Shown here: positions 57,541-64,000 of the stretch, in pieces
Layout: each line of letters begins with the position of its first letter
Position numbering within the stretch: the stretch's first letter is position 1
Assembly (NCBI GenBank): GCA_031962025.1
Contig: JAVRKW010000002.1
Source: Pseudothermotoga sp.
Lineage (GTDB): Bacteria > Thermotogota > Thermotogae > Thermotogales > DSM-5069
Direction: 5' to 3' (one strand)
DNA length: 64,000 nucleotides
Position numbers and translations under genes: made by a program
Notes under the pieces: generated by a model
The model's input: the letters and a program-made list of their open reading frames with translations, nothing else
Database searches by the model: none
What the model was told of the DNA's origin: nothing

Positions 57541-60174
57541 CTATTTTTTCCTGTATCTCACAACTTTGACAAGTTCGTACAGCGGAACGATCATTATTGC
57601 CGCTGTCAATGACACCAGAAGCTGTTTTCCCGTAAGGCTTGCCGTGCCAAAGACATCCTGAAGTCCGGGTACATATATGACTGCGATTAACAGTGCAAAA
57701 GATGCCAGATTTGCCATTATGAGTTTTGGGTTGTTTTTGATGCCTACTTTGAACAGAGAAAATCTCAGAGATTTTGAATTGAACGCGTGCATTAACTGTC
57801 CTGTACACAGCGTGAAGAAAACCATCGTCCTGAGTAATTCAATCTGATCGTGTTCCATCAAAGCCCAACCGTATACAAAAAGCGACAGTGCCGAGAGCAA
57901 AATACCGCCGATGAAGATATTTACCAGGACATCTCTGCTCATGATACCTTCCTGTGGATCTCTGGGCGGTCTTTTCATTACATCTGGCTCCGCTGGTTCT
58001 ACACCAAGAGCCAGAGCTGGAAGTCCATCTGTGACCAGATTCATCCACAGTATCTGAACAGGTATCAAAGGTAATGGCAATTTCAGCAGGATTGAGATGA
58101 AGATCGTTGCAACTTCACTGATGTTACACGATAGCAGGTAATAGACGACCTTTCTGATGTTATCGAAAATCTTTCTTCCTTCTTCGATCGCCGCAACGAT
58201 GCTTGCAAAGTTATCGTCTGTTAAAACCATATCCGACGCGTCCTTGGAAACGTCGGTACCGGTTATGCCCATTGCAACACCTATATCGAATTTTTTCAAA
58301 GCGGGTGCGTCGTTGACACCGTCTCCCGTCATAGCCACTATTCTTCCGCGCTTTTTTAAAGCTTCAACGATCTTGAGCTTGTCGTTCGGTGATACCCTTG
58401 CGTACACTTTTACTTTTTCGACTATTTCTACCAGTTGATCTATGTCCATTTCGATTAACTCACTGCCGGTTAGAACCATGTCATTCTGCTCAAGAATGTT
58501 CAACTCTTTTGCAATCGTCTGAGCGGTGATCTTGTGATCCCCGGTGATCATGATGACCCTGATTCCCGCAGTTTGACATTTTTCAAGTGCCTGTTTGACT
58601 TCTGGTCTTGGTGGATCGATCATACCCACCAATCCCAAGAAGGTCATATCGCTTTCCAGATTTGAAAAATCATCTTTTTGCAATTCTTTGAATGCAACTG
58701 CCAGAACTCTGAGTCCCTGCTGTGCCATCTGGCTGTTATACTGAAGAATCTGTTCTTTATCCTGTTCTGTGAGCTGTTTGATTTCCCCGCTCTCTGTCAT
58801 ATATCTGGTGCAATTTTTTATCACCACATCAGGTGCACCTTTTGTGAAAGAAACCATCCTGTCTTGGTCTTTGTGGACAGTTGTCATCATCTTTCTATCA
58901 GAGTCAAATGGTATTTCGTGAATGCGAGGCATTTTTTCTTCGATGTTTTCTTTTTCAATTCCAAGATCAAGTGCTGCAACTGCCAGAGCAATTTCTGTTG
59001 GATCGCCCGAAGTTATACGGTTCTTATCTTTGATCGTGATAAAGCTGTCATTGCACAATGTTGCACCAATCAAAAGTAGTTCCAGAGATTTGTATTTGTT
59101 CTCTTTTACTTGATTGTGTTCAAAGAGTGTTGATGGATGTATATAATATTTGACAACGGTCATTTCGTTTTTTGTCAGAGTGCCTGTTTTATCAGAACAA
59201 ATCACGTTGACCGATCCGAGTGCTTCAACAGCCTGGAGTTTTCTTATTACGGCGTGTCTTTTCACCATGTTGTACATACCAAGTGCCAGTACGATTGTCA
59301 CAACAGCCGGCAAACCCTCCGGCACCGCTGCAACGGCAAGGCTCACCGATGTGAGAAACATTTCAAGTAGCGGGTTGCCCTCAAATATTCCCACGGTAAA
59401 TACGACTGCGCATATAGCCAGAATTATAACGCCAATCTGCTTTCCGAGCTTTTCAAGATTCTTCTGCAGTGGTGTTTCTTCTTCTTCCATCTCTGAAAGC
59501 ATTTTGGCAATTTTCCCAAGTTCTGTTTCATTTCCAGTGGAAGTCACAACGGCTTTACCTCTACCCTTTGCAACTATCGTCCCTGAATAGACCATGTTGA
59601 GCCTATCACCGATTGGCAGCCTGTCTTTATCTATTACCTCTGAGGTCTTGTCCACGGGCTGTGATTCTCCAGTCAAAGCCGCCTCACTCACTGAAAGATT
59701 CACAGCTTCAATCAATCTTCCGTCTGCTGGTACATAATTACCCGTTTCGAGTAGAATCACATCGCCTGGTACTATTTCCCTTGATGGGATGGTCTGTACC
59801 ATACCATCTCTGATCACTTTTGCCGCCGGTGCAGCCATTTTTTTCAGTAGTTGCAGTGATTTTTCTGCTTTTGACTCCTGAATAGTGCTCAAAGTCGCGT
59901 TTAAAAGAACTATGATGATGATCAAAGCAGCATCGATACCCTCACCAACAAGGATTGAGATCACAGCGGCTGCAAGAAGAATGATTATTAAAAAATCTGT
60001 GAACTGAGAAAAAAACATCTGCCAGACTGTTTTTCTTTTCTTTTGAGTTATTTCGTTTGGACCGTATTGTTCAAGTCTTTTTCTCGCTTCCTGGCTGGTG
60101 AGACCGTTTTTGGGATCTACCTGCATGTCCTCACAGACTTGGTCGACTTTCATTCTGTAGAAATCTTTCAACAC
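57541..60174 (-). CDS. P-type IIA cation (Ca2+)-transporting ATPase; start uncertain (60174 or 60171)
   Basis: [36 protein letters not shown]. Confidence 0.95.
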   Translation of the reverse strand: MLKDFYRMKVDQVCEDMQVDPKNGLTSQEARKRLEQYGPNEITQKKRKTVWQMFFSQFTDFLIIILLAAAVISILVGEGIDAALIIIIVLLNATLSTIQESKAEKSLQLLKKMAAPAAKVIRDGMVQTIPSREIVPGDVILLETGNYVPADGRLIEAVNLSVSEAALTGESQPVDKTSEVIDKDRLPIGDRLNMVYSGTIVAKGRGKAVVTSTGNETELGKIAKMLSEMEEEETPLQKNLEKLGKQIGVIILAICAVVFTVGIFEGNPLLEMFLTSVSLAVAAVPEGLPAVVTIVLALGMYNMVKRHAVIRKLQAVEALGSVNVICSDKTGTLTKNEMTVVKYYIHPSTLFEHNQVKENKYKSLELLLIGATLCNDSFITIKDKNRITSGDPTEIALAVAALDLGIEKENIEEKMPRIHEIPFDSDRKMMTTVHKDQDRMVSFTKGAPDVVIKNCTRYMTESGEIKQLTEQDKEQILQYNSQMAQQGLRVLAVAFKELQKDDFSNLESDMTFLGLVGMIDPPRPEVKQALEKCQTAGIRVIMITGDHKITAQTIAKELNILEQNDMVLTGSELIEMDIDQLVEIVEKVKVYARVSPNDKLKIVEALKKRGRIVAMTGDGVNDAPALKKFDIGVAMGITGTDVSKDASDMVLTDDNFASIVAAIEEGRKIFDNIRKVVYYLLSCNISEVATIFISILLKLPLPLIPVQILWMNLVTDGLPALALGVEPAEPDVMKRPPRDPQEGIMSRDVLVNIFIGGILLSALSLFVYGWALMEHDQIELLRTMVFFTLCTGQLMHAFNSKSLRFSLFKVGIKNNPKLIMANLASFALLIAVIYVPGLQDVFGTASLTGKQLLVSLTAAIMIVPLYELVKVVRYRKK

Positions 60175-60230
60175 AATCACACCCCTAAGAGAATTTTTCA
60201 ACAAGTAGATTATACTGATCTACTTTTTAT

Positions 60231-61193
60231 TCAATATGACAGAAACTTGAATCTGAAAAATCCAAGGAAATATTTGTTTTTGTTAACAGGTGCCCAGGAT
60301 GGATCGAGTTCGGCAAGCTCGCTGTATCTGACAAATCTCAATTCACCAGTACTCCCGCCGATGGGACCTGTGTGATACAGAACCCAGCCCTGATGATCTG
60401 CCACACCCAGGTTACCGACATAGATCATGAGATGGTATGGAAATTCAAAATCCTCTGGATGAAAAAAGACCATGATATCTCCGGGTTTAGAAAAGCTGAC
60501 ATCCTTTGTCACAAATTTCAGACTGTTCTGGTACAGAATTCTTGCAACAGCAAAAGTACTGAAATCAGAACTGTCCTGAAACTTCCCTTTTTTTATTCTG
60601 AAAATTTTTTTGCCAATGATCGGTACATTCGGATAGTTGTACTTCTCGACATCCTGAAAGACAGGACCTGTATACTTTGTCCTTTCAAACCAGAGACTAT
60701 CGTGCTTTCTAAGGGCTTCTCTTGCACAGTACCTGATCAGCCCGGCACAGTCCATTTCATCTTTATTCCACGCAGGAGAATCGTTGTTAAAGGCACTTAT
60801 TCCAATCCATATAAACCAGTTTCTGAATCTCTCTGAATCTTTCAAATCAAGCATCAGGCAGTCTGGATAACCATCTTCATCTTTATCTTCAACATCTGGC
60901 TCAACGAAAAACTTTATCGACTTTGTTTTTTTAAAAGGACCTATACTCTCAAAATACAGTTCTATTCTTTCTGCAGGTTTTACCCGTGGCAAATACAGAC
61001 CGTTATCCATCACCTGAACTGTTCTGTTTGAATAAATCTTCGCGGCAACTATTTTTCCTTCAAGAAAAAGATCCTGAACATCTTTCACGGGCTTAAGGGC
61101 TATCTGAAGTTTCACCTGAAAACTGAAAGCCAGTATCATGAACAGGGAAATTGCTGTTGCGATAGCGAGCCACATAATCTGGTATATCTTCAT
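60231..61193 (-). CDS. DUF1175 (YfaT-like) protein
   Basis: RFRNWF, DCAGLIRYCAREAL, HLMIY, YHTG, P.W.P...N..FLG; next to an alpha-2-macroglobulin gene. Confidence 0.8.
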   Translation of the reverse strand: MKIYQIMWLAIATAISLFMILAFSFQVKLQIALKPVKDVQDLFLEGKIVAAKIYSNRTVQVMDNGLYLPRVKPAERIELYFESIGPFKKTKSIKFFVEPDVEDKDEDGYPDCLMLDLKDSERFRNWFIWIGISAFNNDSPAWNKDEMDCAGLIRYCAREALRKHDSLWFERTKYTGPVFQDVEKYNYPNVPIIGKKIFRIKKGKFQDSSDFSTFAVARILYQNSLKFVTKDVSFSKPGDIMVFFHPEDFEFPYHLMIYVGNLGVADHQGWVLYHTGPIGGSTGELRFVRYSELAELDPSWAPVNKNKYFLGFFRFKFLSY

Positions 61194-61620
61194 ATTTAAC
61201 CTCCTGCATGAATCTTTTCAAGGCATCTTTGTGTTCTCCTTTGAGATCTTCAAGTTTTGAACCTGTGAGATATAGTATCAAACCTTCTTCGAACCATCTT
61301 GGCATGGAAAAATTCTTCTGCAAAAGATGGTGAAGTAATTCATGTTCTATCGTGCTTTCGAATATTCCTTTCTGCCTGAGAACAGCAAAAGGCTGGCTGA
61401 TAATCACACCATCAGCATACACAGCAGCTATGTGATATGGCTTTGCCGTCAGTTTATGAAATTCATAAACAGTATCACATTCTATCAGTATTACATCAAG
61501 CTCAACTTTGATTTGCAAAAATTCGGCTATTTTGAATATTCTGTCCAAAGGCAGATCATTTAGATTTCTCAACCTCAAACCATACACCGATATCAAGCAC
61601 ATCAGGATTTGAATGACCAT
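61093..61620 (-). CDS. Small gluzincin-like (HExxH...E) putative metallopeptidase
   Basis: EHELLHH...MPRWFEEGL; overlaps both neighbours; start uncertain. Confidence 0.65.
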   Translation of the reverse strand: MVIQILMCLISVYGLRLRNLNDLPLDRIFKIAEFLQIKVELDVILIECDTVYEFHKLTAKPYHIAAVYADGVIISQPFAVLRQKGIFESTIEHELLHHLLQKNFSMPRWFEEGLILYLTGSKLEDLKGEHKDALKRFMQEVKYEDIPDYVARYRNSNFPVHDTGFQFSGETSDSP

Positions 61621-64000
61621 AAAGACCTTTGTAATACATTGAATAAGCTCTGGCCGGGAGAATCTGGTATTTTCCATTTGCCGTTGCCCTCCAGAAATAG
61701 CTTAGATTCCCCGAAGAGTACCCACGAACGAAGAAAGCAATTCTGTCCTGATGTACTTCACTGGCTGTAAACCACCTGTCCCAGGCTTTGTACCACATGT
61801 AGTCAAATTTTGAGTAATTTTGCAAACTCTTTTCCCCGTACCTGTCCAGGATTTGTGCGCAGGATGCAAAATAATCTTCAACGACAAGATAACCACCACT
61901 TCCCGATTTGAGTCTTATCACGGTCTTTACTATATCACCTGAACCTATCGAAACTGGATGGGATTGTTTTTGAAAGATCACTTCACACAGTTGTTCTGTC
62001 AACATTTGTTCATTTCCAGAAAAACGAAAGCCACCCTTAGCGATGATTTTTTCACCATCCCAGTCCAGAACTTGTTCAGCCACGAAGGGCAGTTCGACAA
62101 AATCATCTTTCACAAACCAGTAAGTTTTGTCTGAAGTTCTCAAGAGTATCTCGGACTCGGTGCAGTTCAATGCCACGACGTCATCTGGAACGCTGGCAAC
62201 AGGGCGGTTGTCTATCCACAGCTTTCCTTCTTTCAGATACACCAAGCCGTCTTTGGTCAAGCCGGCATCCTGAACATCGAAATAGGTTTTTGCCGTCTTT
62301 GACAGTGTGTCGTAAACCATGGCAGAGTTGTTTTTGAGCATGACCAGTATTAGACCGTTTCGTGTTTGAATGTGTTTAAATTCGTACAAAGCGTTGTTCA
62401 AGCTGAGTTTGAAATCTTCTACCTTCAGTTTAGTGTTTCTGTATGTGTATTCTTCAGATTCATGCGGCAATATGTACAGTTCATCGGTTTTGAATTCACT
62501 CAGCAATCTGGCTGATACCGGTACATAATGCTGTGCAATCGGCACAAAGGCATCGACCACAGTTTTTTGATCGATCACGGGTATCTCGTAACGTACGTAG
62601 AACTTTCTTTCCACACTCAGTCCTTCGTTCACTGCTGAAACGGGTTTTTCGTAATAGATCACGTGGATTTCTACAAGCCCGTTTCCTTGAATGGTCAGGT
62701 GGTTCTGTTCGATCTCGATTTGTCCCTGACCTGTTAATTCAACGGTTTTCCCGTTGTTCACCACAACATGTGGTTCATTTATCTGCGGCAGAGCTTCGAG
62801 CAGTGCAAGCACCGCAAAGGATGTGTCTTTTGTTGAATACCAGAAATAACCGTCTTTTTTGCTGATCAGGTAATTGACGATTTTCGTCTGGATTTCTTTA
62901 TTTTTGTTCCACTTGGCGAGTGATCTGAGCAGTATAGAGGTTAACTGCACATCGGAGATGAAATAGTTGTCCTCTGGCTGGATAAAAGCGAGAGTTTCTG
63001 TCTGTTTCAACAGCTTCATTGCTTCTTCAAGGGCTTTTTCAGAAGACAGTGAAAGATACACCCAATCCGTGTCATTTTTAACCTGATAAGGTTTGTGATC
63101 GACTTTGTAAAGATCAAGTACGTATGATCCATAAGCTGAAAGATTTTCACTTAAATAATTCAGACCGGCTTCTATCACAGAATCCGCAATGTCAAATCCC
63201 GCTTTTCGTGCGTGGTAAAGTCCTTCCATGACATAGCAGGTCATGAAATCATCACTGTCATCGTTCTGCCACCAGCCCCATCCTCCATCTAGATGCTGAT
63301 ATTTGTACAGCCTCATCAAACCTTTTTCGACTATTTCTTCAAGCTCATCTATCTTCAGACCCATTTGAGCGGCAACCACCGCCGGCAGAAAACTGCTCAT
63401 CGTTTGTTCAGTACAACCGTATGGGTATCTTATCAGCCTTCTGATGGAATTTTCCACAAGTGGTATGATGCTCGAATAAACGGTCAGTCTTGCCTGTTTG
63501 TATTCGCCTTCTGGTAAATTCACGGTTTTTGAACCGTTCACAAACTCCAATGTGTAAAATTCTCTTTCAAAAGCAAATGGTTTTACCGGTACGTTCAGAG
63601 CCACGGCATCTGTCAAACCAAAACTCGCAGTTGCGAAAGTTGTTATTGTAGATGGGTCTGATTCTTTCAGTGCCATTACTGTCCAGTATGAAGAATTGGT
63701 ACTTTTCGGTTGCACATAAAAGCTGGTTTTTGTATCTTGTGGTGGATAATACTGATGATTTTCCAAGATCAATTCAACAGAATCAGGTAACTCCAGCCAC
63801 AGATTTGTTTCTATGAGATCAGATCTTTGATTGAAAACCGTAGCGGATATCTGAACAATATCTCCTTGCCTGAAAAATGTTGGTAGGATGGGACGCACAT
63901 AGAAATCTCTTGTGACAGTGATCTTACCGTCAGCCTGTGCCATGTTCTTTTTTGAAAACCCATACGCCGTGGCGATGAAAGTCGTCAGACTATCAGGCAC
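61556..64000 (-). CDS. Bacterial alpha-2-macroglobulin, C-terminal part (continues beyond the window)
   Basis: PDSLTTF, PYGCTEQT thioester motif, QHLDGGWGWW, WYSTKDT, G.Y..LPA...MY. Confidence 0.93.
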   Translation of the reverse strand: MPDSLTTFIATAYGFSKKNMAQADGKITVTRDFYVRPILPTFFRQGDIVQISATVFNQRSDLIETNLWLELPDSVELILENHQYYPPQDTKTSFYVQPKSTNSSYWTVMALKESDPSTITTFATASFGLTDAVALNVPVKPFAFEREFYTLEFVNGSKTVNLPEGEYKQARLTVYSSIIPLVENSIRRLIRYPYGCTEQTMSSFLPAVVAAQMGLKIDELEEIVEKGLMRLYKYQHLDGGWGWWQNDDSDDFMTCYVMEGLYHARKAGFDIADSVIEAGLNYLSENLSAYGSYVLDLYKVDHKPYQVKNDTDWVYLSLSSEKALEEAMKLLKQTETLAFIQPEDNYFISDVQLTSILLRSLAKWNKNKEIQTKIVNYLISKKDGYFWYSTKDTSFAVLALLEALPQINEPHVVVNNGKTVELTGQGQIEIEQNHLTIQGNGLVEIHVIYYEKPVSAVNEGLSVERKFYVRYEIPVIDQKTVVDAFVPIAQHYVPVSARLLSEFKTDELYILPHESEEYTYRNTKLKVEDFKLSLNNALYEFKHIQTRNGLILVMLKNNSAMVYDTLSKTAKTYFDVQDAGLTKDGLVYLKEGKLWIDNRPVASVPDDVVALNCTESEILLRTSDKTYWFVKDDFVELPFVAEQVLDWDGEKIIAKGGFRFSGNEQMLTEQLCEVIFQKQSHPVSIGSGDIVKTVIRLKSGSGGYLVVEDYFASCAQILDRYGEKSLQNYSKFDYMWYKAWDRWFTASEVHQDRIAFFVRGYSSGNLSYFWRATANGKYQILPARAYSMYYKGLYGHSNPDVLDIGVWFEVEKSK

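Overview
64-kb chromosomal segment of a Thermotogales-like anaerobe (inferred from GGAGGTGA ribosome-binding sites, a Prx-nitroreductase fusion, a Na+-type atp operon and Thermotoga-type CTACCACC boxes). In order: the distal end of a CRISPR array (no cas genes in the window); a truncated MFS remnant; two redox genes; glnA; a ~530-bp intergenic region packed with TT(A/T)TCTACCAC(C) boxes that looks like the replication origin; a long + strand run (uppP, polA, cheX, F1Fo ATP synthase, hpf, RNase E/G); flaG-fliD; cheW; a methylmalonyl-CoA epimerase/decarboxylase set; nhaC, topA, pgm, a YhaM-like nuclease; TPP riboswitch-thiBP; a 7-repeat beta-propeller lipoprotein; a 10-gene minus-strand operon (40611-51508); glgX, ygiQ, a P-type ATPase and the 3' part of an alpha-2-macroglobulin locus. 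The main finding is the 10-gene operon. It appears to join the sulfofructose-transaldolase route of sulfoquinovose (SQ) catabolism (ABC importer, YihQ-type sulfoquinovosidase, isomerase, SqvA-type transaldolase, aldehyde dehydrogenase) to a SuyAB-type sulfolactate sulfo-lyase. That predicts complete SQ desulfonation to pyruvate plus sulfite in one cell. All family assignments come from motif recognition and recall; no database searches were run.
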